Source of the DNA: an uncultured Verrucomicrobiae bacterium
GTDB lineage: Bacteria; Verrucomicrobiota; Verrucomicrobiia; Limisphaerales; Palsa-1400
Assembly: GCA_963764165.1 (NCBI GenBank)
Contig: CAVXRD010000001.1
Location: 704,001-768,000, forward strand
Length of the DNA stretch: 64,000 nt
Reading direction: 5' to 3'
Shown here: positions 20,017-29,774 of the stretch, one piece after another
Numbering within the stretch: position 1 is the first letter of the stretch
Layout of the letters: each line of letters begins with the position of its first letter
Position numbers and translations under genes: made by a program
Notes under the pieces: generated by a model
The model's input: the letters and a program-made list of their open reading frames with translations, nothing else
Databases searched by the model: none
What the model was told of the DNA's origin: nothing

Positions 20017-21198
20017 ATGGATGCATTGACTGATATCTGGCCGCTGGATCCGAAGGTTGTTTTTCTCAATCACGGCTCATTTGGAAGCTGCCCGCTGCCG
20101 GTGCTTGAGTATCAGCGCGAATGGCGCGACCGACTGGAACGCCAGCCAGTTCGTTTCCTTGTCCGCGAATTGGAGCCGCTGATGGATCACGCCCGCGCCA
20201 CGCTTGCGGAATTCGTCGGAGCGCAACCCGAGAATCTTGTCTTTGTCAATAATGCAACCACTGGCGTCAATACAATTCTCCGCTCGCTCACCGCGGAGCC
20301 AGGCGATGAATGGCTGGTCACCGACCAGGAATACAATGCCTGCCGAAACGCATTGGAATTCGCCGCTGCGCGAGTCGGCGCGAAAGTTGTGGTGGCGCAA
20401 GTGCCGTTCCCCTTTGAAACCATCGAACAATTGATCGATCCGATTCTAGCCAAGATTACGCCGCGGACGAAACTAGCCCTGATCGACCACGTTACCAGCC
20501 AAACTGGGATGATCATGCCGGTGGAGCAGCTGGTAAAGGAATTCACGGCGCGCGAAATCGACACGCTCGTGGACGGCGCGCACGGGCCAGGAATGGTGCC
20601 TTTGCAATTGGAGAAACTGGGCGCCGCTTACTACACGGGAAATTGCCACAAATGGCTCTGCGCTCCCAAAACCGCCGCCCTGCTTTATGTCCGCCCCGAT
20701 CGGCAGCATTTGATTCACCCGCTGTCAATCAGCCACGGATTGACCACGCCGCGAACAGATCGCTCCAAATTCCTCGTCGAATTCGGATGGCCCGGGACGG
20801 CTGATCCAACACCGTGCTTAAGTGTGGTCGAGTCGCTGCGCTTCGTGGGTTCGCTCATGCCGGGCGGCTGGCCGGAAATTATGGCCCGCAACAGCGCGTT
20901 GGCGCGCGAAGGCCGGAAAATTTTGTGCGAGGCGCTCAAGGTTCCGGCTCCCTGTCCCGAGTCTTTCCTTGGTTCGATGGCTGCGGTTCCGCTGCCGGAT
21001 TCCGACCGGCGCGGCGCTTCTCCGCTGTTCATCGATCCGCTGCAGGACACATTGCTCAATCGCTATAACATTGAGGTGCCGGTCGTGCCGTGGCCCGGTT
21101 TTCCGAAACGGCTGATTCGCATTTCCGCCCAATTGTATAACAACGCTGATCAGTGGAGGCTGCTGGCCAAGGCACTGCAAGAAATCCTGGGACTATGA
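20017..21198 (+). CDS. Class V PLP-dependent enzyme (isopenicillin N epimerase / C-S lyase-like)
   Basis: FLNHGSFG, NATTGVN, DHVTSQT, VDGAH, GNCHKWLCAP, IRISAQLYN. Confidence 0.88.
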   Translation: MDALTDIWPLDPKVVFLNHGSFGSCPLPVLEYQREWRDRLERQPVRFLVRELEPLMDHARATLAEFVGAQPENLVFVNNATTGVNTILRSLTAEPGDEWLVTDQEYNACRNALEFAAARVGAKVVVAQVPFPFETIEQLIDPILAKITPRTKLALIDHVTSQTGMIMPVEQLVKEFTAREIDTLVDGAHGPGMVPLQLEKLGAAYYTGNCHKWLCAPKTAALLYVRPDRQHLIHPLSISHGLTTPRTDRSKFLVEFGWPGTADPTPCLSVVESLRFVGSLMPGGWPEIMARNSALAREGRKILCEALKVPAPCPESFLGSMAAVPLPDSDRRGASPLFIDPLQDTLLNRYNIEVPVVPWPGFPKRLIRISAQLYNNADQWRLLAKALQEILGL

Positions 21199-21812
21199 TC
21201 GCGCTTCTCGATTACGGTTCGGGAAATTTACGCAGCGTGCAAAAGGCGTTGCTGAAAGTCGGCGCGGATGTGAAAGTCGTGACGAGGCCGGATGAAATCA
21301 AAGGAGCGCGAGCCATCGTGCTGCCAGGCGTCGGAGCGTTCGACGATTGCCTACACGCAATGCAGAAGCAGGAGTTGCTGGCGGCGGTGAAAGAGTTTAT
21401 CCACGGCGGCAGGCCGTTCCTAGGAATCTGCGTGGGCTATCAGGCGCTGTTTGACCGCAGTGAAGAGTTCAACAGTTGCGCGGCGGGCCTGGAAATCTTT
21501 CACGGCAAGGTCGTTCGATTCTCCGACAAAGCGGGACTGAAAGTGCCGCAGATTGGTTGGAACCAACTCAACGTCGTCCGCCCCGATTGCCCGCTTTATC
21601 GCGGCATCGCGTCGGGCAGCTATGTGTATTTCGTCCACAGCTATTTTCCGAAGCCGGAGGACAAATCAATCACCGCAACGGAAACAACCTACGGCGAGCC
21701 ATTCGCGTCCTCGGTTTGGCGCGAAAATGTTTTCGCGACGCAATTTCATCCGGAGAAAAGCCAGGGCGTGGGGTTGCAGTTGCTGAAGAATTTTATGGCG
21801 CTAAGCGCGTAA
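21195..21812 (+). CDS. hisH: Imidazole glycerol phosphate synthase, glutaminase subunit
   Basis: DYGSGNLRSV, LPGVGAF, LGICVG, PQIGWN, YFVHSY, QFHPEKS. Confidence 0.96.
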   Translation: MIALLDYGSGNLRSVQKALLKVGADVKVVTRPDEIKGARAIVLPGVGAFDDCLHAMQKQELLAAVKEFIHGGRPFLGICVGYQALFDRSEEFNSCAAGLEIFHGKVVRFSDKAGLKVPQIGWNQLNVVRPDCPLYRGIASGSYVYFVHSYFPKPEDKSITATETTYGEPFASSVWRENVFATQFHPEKSQGVGLQLLKNFMALSA

Positions 21813-22241
21813 AGTTAGCGCCGCGACAGGCGGGGCGCCGTTGCTCTTAACGCGGGGGCATCCCACTTCTTGGACAGAATCCTCTGATCTTCAGATCTGC
21901 ATTTTGGTGAAAGCCGCGCGTTGCGCGCCGTTAACGCGCTGCCAGCTAATTTAACCTTTATTTTCCTATAAGAGTTGGCAGAATATTCTCGAAATGCGCG
22001 AACGGCTCGGTGTGATGGAAGAGCAGCCTACATGTTTACGGCCCACCTGTTAACTGCGAAAATGGCGGGCTGCGACTGGCCCCGTTTTGCCCCAGGAGAT
22101 TCGGTATTGATCTGCCTCGGCTTTTGCCTTCGTCGCGATCCGAAATCCGCACCGCAGGTCTCCTGTGGATGTCAGCAAGCCTTGAAGGCCGCCGTGCTCG
22201 GGCCGGATGGCCAGGAATTCCAAACCACGGACGATTAAGCC

Positions 22242-24146
22242 ATGTTGCGGATCACTCGCAGTTGGATATTGCTTTCGACCCTGCTGGTGGCCGATGGATG
22301 GGTTTTGTCGGCCCTGCATGCGTTGAACCGGACGGGTTACGCGTTGAGTTTCCTTCTGGCCGGCGCCTTATTCATTTTTTGGGAACGAAGGGAGCGCACG
22401 CTGAGGGGCCCAAGCCGGCTGCTTTGGCCTCGAATCAAGGCGCGTTTCGGGCGTCCCGCCCCACTGCTGTATTTAGGGTTGTTTGGCCTGGCACTCGTGG
22501 AAGGGATAATCTATCCGGAGGATGGCTCGGACGCCGCCATGTACCGCACTCCTCGGGTTTGGCACTGGCTGGCTGAAGGGCACTGGCATTGGATTCGCAC
22601 CTTCGATATCCGAATGAACATTGCCAATTGCGGGTTTGAATGGATGTCGGCTCCCCTGGCGCTGTTTTTCCACACTGACCGGCTGTTTTTTTTGATCAAC
22701 CTCATTTCCTTTGCACTGCTGCCGGGGCTGACGTTTAGCCTGCTTAGAAGTTTGGGCGTGGCGGGGCGGGTGAGTTGGTGGTGGATGTGGCTGCTGCCGG
22801 CAAGTTTTTGCTATGCGTTCCAGGCGGGCCGGCTGGCCAACGATGGTTGCGCGGCGCCTTACGCGATGGCCTCAGTCGTGTTTGGCCTGCGGGCGCAAAA
22901 AACCGGGCGGGTGGCGGACCTGGCCATCGCCATGCTGGGGACGGCGCTGGCGACGGGAATGAAGCAGACGAACTTGCCGCTGGCGCTATTGGGGCTGATT
23001 GTTGCATTGCCAGCATGGCGGATTGCAGTGCGGCGTCCCGTGCTGGTTACGGCGGCGGGGTTAGCCGCCTTGGTGGTTTCCGCGATCCCAATGATAGTGA
23101 TCAACTTGTTCCATGACGGCAATTGGGTGGGCGTGCCGCGGCATCCGGGCCCCGACTGGACGCAATGGCAGAACATCGCGGCGGCGTCGCCGCTCTGGAG
23201 CGTGTTTGGCAACCTTTTCTCGCTTCCCCTTCAGACCTTTGCGCCGCCGTTTGCCCCATTTTACCGGCATTGGAACGAGATGATGACGCGGTTTGTGCAT
23301 TCCGCGGCGGGAGCGCCGTTTTCCACTTTCGAGAGCTTTTGCAAGCTGGCGCCAGTGCTGGACGAACAAAAAGCCGCGCTGGGGTGGGGAACTGGCTCCC
23401 TGCTGTTGATTTCGCTGGCGGCAAATTGCCGAGCGCGCTTCGGCCATTCGAGCAAGGAGACCACGGCAGCGGCAGCAGTGGAAGGCTGGCAACTCGCCGC
23501 GTTGAGGTGGGCTCCTTGGGGGCTGTTGTTATTGTTCATGGCCAAGGTCACGAGTTTCGAGGCGGGACGGCAGCTTTCGCCATATTATCCATTTTTACTG
23601 CCGGCGCTGCTGGCTCCGGCAGCCAATGCCGTGCTGGTGCGGCAGCGTTGGTGGCGGGCACTGGCCTATTCGAGCATGGCGCTGGCGGGCGCTGTGCTGA
23701 TATTGCAGCCTGGCCATCCACTCTGGCCTGCGGCAACGGTGCTGCGCCCGGCAGCCCAGAAACATCCGTTCGTGCGGAATTTATACGGCCCTGCCGAGGT
23801 CTATGAGCGCCATCGGGATTTCTTTGAACACCAAATTCCAGGGGACGTCAAGGTGGTTGGATACGCCACGGGGGTTCAGTCGTTGGAACCGATGTTATGG
23901 CGGCCGTTTCAGCGCCGGGTCGAACGGGTGCTGCCGAATGATGGACTGCCGGAACTGCAGGCCCGGCACATCCAATATGTGGTGGTGGAAGACGCTTTTA
24001 TCAGGTCAACTGCCGGGTCGCTGGAGCAATTGCTGAAGCGATTCAACGGGGAACTAGCTGGGCAGGTGGAGGATTATCCCTACGGGTACAAGGCTCCGCC
24101 GGGTCATATTTATTTGATCCGGTTGTTGCCAGCCGGAGGGAAATAA
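22242..24146 (+). CDS. Polytopic membrane protein, possible GT-C type glycosyltransferase
   Basis: Many hydrophobic segments; DAAMYRTPRVWHW, LANDG and GMKQTNL resemble ArnT/GT-C-like patterns. Function is inferred. Confidence 0.6.
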   Translation: MLRITRSWILLSTLLVADGWVLSALHALNRTGYALSFLLAGALFIFWERRERTLRGPSRLLWPRIKARFGRPAPLLYLGLFGLALVEGIIYPEDGSDAAMYRTPRVWHWLAEGHWHWIRTFDIRMNIANCGFEWMSAPLALFFHTDRLFFLINLISFALLPGLTFSLLRSLGVAGRVSWWWMWLLPASFCYAFQAGRLANDGCAAPYAMASVVFGLRAQKTGRVADLAIAMLGTALATGMKQTNLPLALLGLIVALPAWRIAVRRPVLVTAAGLAALVVSAIPMIVINLFHDGNWVGVPRHPGPDWTQWQNIAAASPLWSVFGNLFSLPLQTFAPPFAPFYRHWNEMMTRFVHSAAGAPFSTFESFCKLAPVLDEQKAALGWGTGSLLLISLAANCRARFGHSSKETTAAAAVEGWQLAALRWAPWGLLLLFMAKVTSFEAGRQLSPYYPFLLPALLAPAANAVLVRQRWWRALAYSSMALAGAVLILQPGHPLWPAATVLRPAAQKHPFVRNLYGPAEVYERHRDFFEHQIPGDVKVVGYATGVQSLEPMLWRPFQRRVERVLPNDGLPELQARHIQYVVVEDAFIRSTAGSLEQLLKRFNGELAGQVEDYPYGYKAPPGHIYLIRLLPAGGK

Positions 24147-24214
24147 AAGGGTTGATTTGCCCGACGCCCGATTTTATCCCGAATTATGGGGATGGGCGCC
24201 TCAGTGGAATTCAT

Positions 24215-24376
24215 CCTTAAAACGGCAGTTGCCCATGATCGAGATTAGCAAAAGCCTGAGCCAGAAAGCTGTGCGGAGAAAGCGAGCATATCCAACTCGG
24301 ATCTGTAAGCTTTCGACAAACAGCTTTGTGGCCAGGATCTTGCAAATATCGGTCATGGGCAACTGCCGTTTTAAGG
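24215..24376. mobile_element. MITE-like fold-back element, 162 bp, with a 5-bp target site duplication
   Basis: Perfect 24-bp TIR CCTTAAAACGGCAGTTGCCCATGA; imperfect complementarity continues to a 5-nt central loop; TTCAT flanks both sides (24210-24214 and 24377-24381). Confidence 0.85.
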
Positions 24377-24413
24377 TTCATAGGATAGGCCGAGTGCCCG
24401 TTCGCAGGAGTGG

Positions 24414-24494
24414 TCAATCGCAGGCCAAATCGGCGCGCTCTGACGGTGGCAACAGGAGGGCTGCCTGGGTCACGGAATCCTTAGTCATCGGCAT
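24414..24494 (-). pseudogene. Truncated addiction-module antitoxin-like fragment
   Basis: Translates as MPMTKDSVTQAALLLPPSERADLACD*, like the N-terminal AL.LP..ERA.LA pattern of addiction module components. Confidence 0.45.
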
Positions 24495-24541
24495 GGTCCA
24501 GTGTAACCCGAAACCATCTTCCTTCGCAAGCAAGTCGCGCG

Positions 24542-25390
24542 TCATTTCCTCACCAACGATCTCAGCGTCTTGAGATTCTCCACATCCTCGTGCAAATCAT
24601 CGGACTTAAACGTTTCAAGGCATCCAGGTGTTTTCTTGAACCGCGCATCGTTGACAATGTGGCGGAAAGCCTCGAGGCCTATCTTGCCTTTGCCGATGTG
24701 CTCGTGACGATCCACTCGCGAACCCAAATCTGTTTTTGAATCGTTCAGGTGGAAGGCGGCGATGCTTTTGCGGCCAACCAGCGCGACCAATTGCTTGATC
24801 GTTTTGTCCCAGCCCGCAGGCGTGCGAATATCAAATCCCGCCGCGAAAAGATGCGCTGTGTCAATGCAAAGGGCGAGCCGCTCGGGTGTTTCCACATGCT
24901 CGAAGATCGCGGCCAGATGCTCGAATTGATTTCCGAGCGCGCTCCCCTGCCCGGCCGTGTTTTCCAATGCAATGCGCACCTTCGAATCTTTCGTGGCGCG
25001 GATGACCTCGTTCAATCCGGTGACGATGTTGGCAAGACCCGAAGCTTCGCCCGCCCCGGTATGGGAGCCGGGATGCAAAACGAGGAAGGGCACGCCCAAC
25101 GCCCCGGCAAAATTAATTTCCTGAGTCAGGGATTCAATGGACTTCGTGCGGTTGTCCGAAGGAGCCGCGCCTAGATTAATCAAATAACCCGTGTGGCCAA
25201 AAACAGCGGTGGGTTTGACGCGCTTCCATTCCGCCTTGAACCGCGCTGCGTCCGCCTCCGACGGCGCGCGCCCAAACCACTGCATGTTATTCTTGACGAA
25301 GATTTGGATGCAATCGGCCTTGATGCGTTCCGCTCGTTCAAACGCAGTCCAAACGCCGCCGGAAGTGGAACAGTGCGCGCCGAAAATCAT
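24542..25390 (-). CDS. nfo: Endonuclease IV
   Basis: GAHCS, HTGYLINL, VLHPGS, LENTAGQG, CIDTAHLFAAG, HLNDSK, DRHEHIG. Confidence 0.96.
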   Translation of the reverse strand: MIFGAHCSTSGGVWTAFERAERIKADCIQIFVKNNMQWFGRAPSEADAARFKAEWKRVKPTAVFGHTGYLINLGAAPSDNRTKSIESLTQEINFAGALGVPFLVLHPGSHTGAGEASGLANIVTGLNEVIRATKDSKVRIALENTAGQGSALGNQFEHLAAIFEHVETPERLALCIDTAHLFAAGFDIRTPAGWDKTIKQLVALVGRKSIAAFHLNDSKTDLGSRVDRHEHIGKGKIGLEAFRHIVNDARFKKTPGCLETFKSDDLHEDVENLKTLRSLVRK

Positions 25391-25510
25391 TTTGAACGAC
25401 TTTACAGCACATGAGTCGAATGCTCAATAATGGTTTGCTTCGGGTTCGCTCATTTACCTCAGGCAATATGGCTTTGAGTGAACGAACGAAGGTTTTAAAA
25501 ACAAAACAAT

Positions 25511-26245
25511 ATGCGCGCTCCTTTGATTCTCCTTGCGGCGATCGGCGCAATGCTTTTTGGCGGCTGTGCCTCTTATATCCCGCCGAGTGGCAGGGCGAAT
25601 CTCTCTACCATCACCAGTTCCAGCATGAGAGAGAGTTTCGCGGCGAAACCGGCGGCCGGCTTTCCGGCCGGAATCGCGGCGGTGCATGTCCAGGCGTCCC
25701 ATTACCGAAGCTACCAAACAGACACCGAAGGCGGAGTTTATGGAGAAGGCCGGTATTCCGTGATCACCACGAAGGAGGCAGAGAATAATGCCGATTTGGA
25801 CCGGTTGGCCCACTTGCCAGGCATCGGCGGTCTGATCTCCATCAGCACGCTTCTGCTGCCTTCGAAGCTGGAGTCGGATCGCGATTTGCGCGAAGCCGCC
25901 GCCAAGCTCAAGGCCGACATGGTGTTGCTTTATACATTTGACACGTCGTTCCACAATGAAGATGCCTCGGTTGCTCTCGCCGTCGTCTCGCTCGGGCTCT
26001 CGCCCACACGCCATGTCTCTGTCCAAGTTGCGGCGTCAGCGCTGCTGATAGACACTCGAACGGGCTTCATCTACGCCGCATTGGAGTCGAACGAGAAGCG
26101 ACGGGTTCTTTCCAACGCCTGGGAATCACGCGAATCTGCTGATCGCGCCCGGCGCGACGCGGAGAAAGCCGCATTTAAGAACTTGGCAGCCGAGTTCGAA
26201 AAGAATTGGCCGCAAGTTGTCGAGCGTGCCAAGAAAGGCGCTTAG
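25511..26245 (+). CDS. Hypothetical lipoprotein
   Basis: Lipobox-like FGGC after a hydrophobic N-terminus; 244 aa. Confidence 0.75.
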   Translation: MRAPLILLAAIGAMLFGGCASYIPPSGRANLSTITSSSMRESFAAKPAAGFPAGIAAVHVQASHYRSYQTDTEGGVYGEGRYSVITTKEAENNADLDRLAHLPGIGGLISISTLLLPSKLESDRDLREAAAKLKADMVLLYTFDTSFHNEDASVALAVVSLGLSPTRHVSVQVAASALLIDTRTGFIYAALESNEKRRVLSNAWESRESADRARRDAEKAAFKNLAAEFEKNWPQVVERAKKGA

Positions 26246-26246
26246 C

Positions 26247-27440
26247 TCAAAGCGTCTCGGGCGTTTGCAGCAAAGAAGCGACGCGCGACAGCAATCGGCC
26301 CGCGCCGCCTCCGTCCAGAACGCGATGGTCGAAGCTCAGCGTCAGGTTGCATTCGGTCACCGGCACAAACTGGCCTTTTTTCTCGTCCCAGAAAGGAACT
26401 TTGCGGCTTGCGCCGAGGCCGAGCACCAGCGTTTGCTCGGGCAGCGGAATGGGCGTGGCCCATGTCAAACCGAATGTTCCAAAATTCGTCACGGTGGCAA
26501 TCGAGCCGCCGGTGGCGTCTGGCGGGAGGCGGCGCTGGCGGGCCAATTCCACCAATTCGTTGTAGCGAACCACCAGGGTCGAAAGCGGGTAAATATCGAC
26601 GTCACGCATGACGGGCACAAGCACGCCGTCATCGGCTTCAACGGCAAATCCGACATCAATCGAGGGCGGATGCACGATTTTGTTTCCAACCAAACGGCCG
26701 GCTGGCGCGCTGTTTTCGGCAAGGGCGATTCCGAGCGCGCGCAGCGCATATAGCGCAAAGCCGATTTTCGGGACGCTGACTCTTCGGTGCGCGAGCATCA
26801 CTTCCATTTGGCATGGCAGCGCAACCGTCGCCAGCGGACGGCTCCAACTGCGGCGCATCGCATCGGCAACAGCGACGCGCATGGTGGAGGCGTCGGACAA
26901 TTTGTTATTATCGAGGTGCGCTAGAAATGCCTCAAAATCCTGGATGGTCACGCGCCCCGCCGCGCCGCTTCCCGCGAGGCCAGCCAGATCGGCCGCGTGC
27001 AATCCCAATTCGCTCATGCGCGCTTTCATGCGCGGGGACATGTAACTCGCGCCCCCGGCATTGGCGGGAACGGGCAGTCCCCGCACCATCGGCTGAACGG
27101 ACTGGCGGGGTTCGGACACGCCGCCGCGTTCCGCCGATTCGGGGGGGGCGGTGAGGCCGGGATCATCGTTGTCGAGTCCGAGGCGCTGCGCTTCCTCCTC
27201 GCTCAATTCAATGTGGCCCAGCACGGCGCCGACCGGGTAGCTCTCGGACAATTTTGCTGTCAAATCGACAACTTTCCCCCCGCACGGGGCGGCGACGTTC
27301 ATGGTCGCCTTGTTGGTCTCAACTTCAATGACGTCCTGATTGGCGGCGACGATTTCGCCGGGCTGCACCAGGAAAGTGATGATGGTCGCCTCGGCGATGG
27401 ATTCGCCCAATTGCGGCATGATGATGGGCAGTTGTTTCAT
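26247..27440 (-). CDS. 2-oxoacid dehydrogenase E2 (dihydrolipoamide acyltransferase)
   Basis: Lipoyl domain MPQLGESIAEA...VETNKA, E3-binding-like GSGAAGRVT and catalytic LSFDHRVLDG. Confidence 0.92.
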   Translation of the reverse strand: MKQLPIIMPQLGESIAEATIITFLVQPGEIVAANQDVIEVETNKATMNVAAPCGGKVVDLTAKLSESYPVGAVLGHIELSEEEAQRLGLDNDDPGLTAPPESAERGGVSEPRQSVQPMVRGLPVPANAGGASYMSPRMKARMSELGLHAADLAGLAGSGAAGRVTIQDFEAFLAHLDNNKLSDASTMRVAVADAMRRSWSRPLATVALPCQMEVMLAHRRVSVPKIGFALYALRALGIALAENSAPAGRLVGNKIVHPPSIDVGFAVEADDGVLVPVMRDVDIYPLSTLVVRYNELVELARQRRLPPDATGGSIATVTNFGTFGLTWATPIPLPEQTLVLGLGASRKVPFWDEKKGQFVPVTECNLTLSFDHRVLDGGGAGRLLSRVASLLQTPETL

Positions 27441-27441
27441 G

Positions 27442-28407
27442 TTACATTTGCAGCAAATTTCTCGCGGCGGAACAGACGCTTTGCGCGGTCGGACGATGCA
27501 CAAGCCAGAGATTTGGATGAAATGGAATCGGAGTGTCCTTGGCGTTGAGCCGCTGCGGAGGCGCGTCGAGCAAGCCGAATCCTTCCGTGGCAACCCGCGC
27601 GATGACTTCCGCGGTCACGCCGCCCCACGGGAAAGATTCGCCCACGCACAGCAGCCGCCCCGTGCGCGCGACGGATGCCATGATTGTATCCGTGTCCAGC
27701 GGCTTCACCGTGCGCAAGTCGACCACTTCGACCTCCGAACCTTCGGCGGACAATTCCTCGGCGGCAGCCAGCGCGTCCTGCACCATGGCGCTGTAAGCGA
27801 CAATCGTCAGGTCGCGCCCAGCCCGTGCGATGCGTGCTTTTCCAACCGGCATCGCTTCGGTCGGCAGCGCGGGCGCTTTCAGGTGGTAATACAATCTTTT
27901 GTGTTCGCAGAAAATAACCGGGTCATCAATGGCCACCGCTTCCAGCAGCATGCTGTAAGCATCCTCGACCGTCGCCGGCGTCATCACGACCAAGCCGGGA
28001 TAATGCGCGTAAAGCGCCTCAAGGCTCTGGCTGTGGAACGGTCCGGCGCCAGACGTTCCGCCGCTGGGCAGGCGAATGGTGATGGGACACGGCACATTCG
28101 TGCGCCAAAAAAGCGTGGCCGCCTGGTTGATGATTTGATTGAGCCCAGGCGTGGAAAAATCCGCATACTGCATTTCCACAATGGGCCTCATTCCCTCGAT
28201 GGCCGCGCCAATGGCCGCCCCGACAATCGCATCTTCACTGATGGGCGCGTCGAGCACGCGGCCGGGAAATTGCGCGGCAAGATTCTTCGTCGCTTTGAAC
28301 GCGCCGCCGAATGCGCCGATGTCCTGCCCGTAAATAAACACGCGGGGATCATCCGCCAACGCCTTGGCTTGCGCCTCGCGAATCGCCTCGAGATACGTAA
28401 TGCTCAT
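27442..28407 (-). CDS. 2-oxoacid dehydrogenase E1 beta subunit
   Basis: GQDIGAFGGAF, DAPISE, GPFHSQS, VVDLRTVKPLD. Confidence 0.94.
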   Translation of the reverse strand: MSITYLEAIREAQAKALADDPRVFIYGQDIGAFGGAFKATKNLAAQFPGRVLDAPISEDAIVGAAIGAAIEGMRPIVEMQYADFSTPGLNQIINQAATLFWRTNVPCPITIRLPSGGTSGAGPFHSQSLEALYAHYPGLVVMTPATVEDAYSMLLEAVAIDDPVIFCEHKRLYYHLKAPALPTEAMPVGKARIARAGRDLTIVAYSAMVQDALAAAEELSAEGSEVEVVDLRTVKPLDTDTIMASVARTGRLLCVGESFPWGGVTAEVIARVATEGFGLLDAPPQRLNAKDTPIPFHPNLWLVHRPTAQSVCSAARNLLQM

Positions 28408-29459
28408 GGCTGCGACGCAAGGTCCGCGGGCACTTCAAAAACCTCTGTCAAATGCTTGGATGACAGCGCGCACCAGCTTTCCTTGTAGGGATCGGGCGCG
28501 GGCTCGCGTTGAACGGTGGCGACGGCTTCATCGACCTCCTGCGCCACTTGCTGCCGCATTTCACGGATGGCTTCCGCCCCAGCCCAGCCTTCCCACAAAA
28601 TGCGTTCCTCCGCCACTTTCAAGCAATCTCGGCCGAGCGGGGTTTTCTTCAATTCCGCGTCAATATAATGGGCATCGTCGTGCTCGCCATGCCCGCAAAG
28701 CCGGAGCAATGTCGCCACGACCATCTGCGGCCCGCCACCCGCCCGAGCCTGCGCCACGGCAGCCGAAACGACGCGAAGGCATTCTTCCAAATCCGTGCCG
28801 TCCACGTGCCGCACGGGGATTCCATAACCCGCCGCTTTGTCTGCGAGATCGCGGCACGCGAACTGGCGGTTATTCGGAGTGGAATAGGCGAATTGATTGT
28901 TAGCCACGATCAAGACCAGCGGCAGATGTTCGACAGCGGCTTGATTCAAACCTTCGTGAAACGCGCCGGTGGAAGTCGCCCCATCGCCTAGGCAAGCTGC
29001 GCCGACGCATCCCTCTTTCCTCTGAAATCGGCGGGCCATCAACGCGCCATTGACGACAGAAATCATGGCCCCGAGGTGGCTGATCATCGCTAACAAACCT
29101 TCACGGGGGCGGCCGCGGTGGACATTCCCATCACGCCCACGCATCGGGCCGAGGGCGGAGCCAAGATACGTCCGCACGCTGTCCAACGTCGGTTCGCCGA
29201 AGGCGAGCCGGCCAGCGCCGTCGCGGATGAGCGGGGCGAAAATATCACCCTTGCGCAAAGCGAGGCCGAGGGAAACGCTCAGCGCCTCCTGGCCTTTTCC
29301 GAGAAAGACACCGCCTTGAATTTTGCCCGCGCGGTAGAGTCCGGCCATTTTTTCGTCCAGCGTCCTCGAAAGGAGCATGAAACGAAAAGCCTTCAAGTAT
29401 TGCGCCGAAATAGCAGCCGCGCTTTCCTGAACTCCGCCGCTTTCCAAAGTTTGCAGCAT
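28404..29459 (-). CDS. 2-oxoacid dehydrogenase E1 alpha subunit (TPP-dependent)
   Basis: GQEA, TPP motif GDGATSTGAFHEGLN...NNQFAYS, RLCGHGEHDD. Confidence 0.94.
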   Translation of the reverse strand: MLQTLESGGVQESAAAISAQYLKAFRFMLLSRTLDEKMAGLYRAGKIQGGVFLGKGQEALSVSLGLALRKGDIFAPLIRDGAGRLAFGEPTLDSVRTYLGSALGPMRGRDGNVHRGRPREGLLAMISHLGAMISVVNGALMARRFQRKEGCVGAACLGDGATSTGAFHEGLNQAAVEHLPLVLIVANNQFAYSTPNNRQFACRDLADKAAGYGIPVRHVDGTDLEECLRVVSAAVAQARAGGGPQMVVATLLRLCGHGEHDDAHYIDAELKKTPLGRDCLKVAEERILWEGWAGAEAIREMRQQVAQEVDEAVATVQREPAPDPYKESWCALSSKHLTEVFEVPADLASQP

Positions 29460-29565
29460 GGGAACCACTCTATGCGTTCTGGTTGGGAAGGAGCAAACCG
29501 ATTCTTTGATTCGGACTTACGCCGAGGTGTGATCGAAAGTGGGTGATGGACGCAGGCCGAAAGAT

Positions 29566-29748
29566 GGAGCGCGGCTGTGTCGAAGACCAGCCGCAGCAAC
29601 GCTCAAACAACCGAAAACGAATCTTGTGGTAGCTATCGTCGACAAACATATAAAAACCTCAGAACTGCGACTGGCGAGTCACGGTCTCTTCCCGACACGC
29701 CACTTGTTTCGAAGCTGCTGCGGCTGGTCTTCGACACAGCCGCGCTCC
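29566..29748. repeat. REPIN-like inverted repeat, family B
   Basis: Perfect 33-bp arms GGAGCGCGGCTGTGTCGAAGACCAGCCGCAGCA and its reverse complement. Confidence 0.88.
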
Positions 29749-29774
29749 GTTAAGCGAAACGGCGGCAATCTCGC

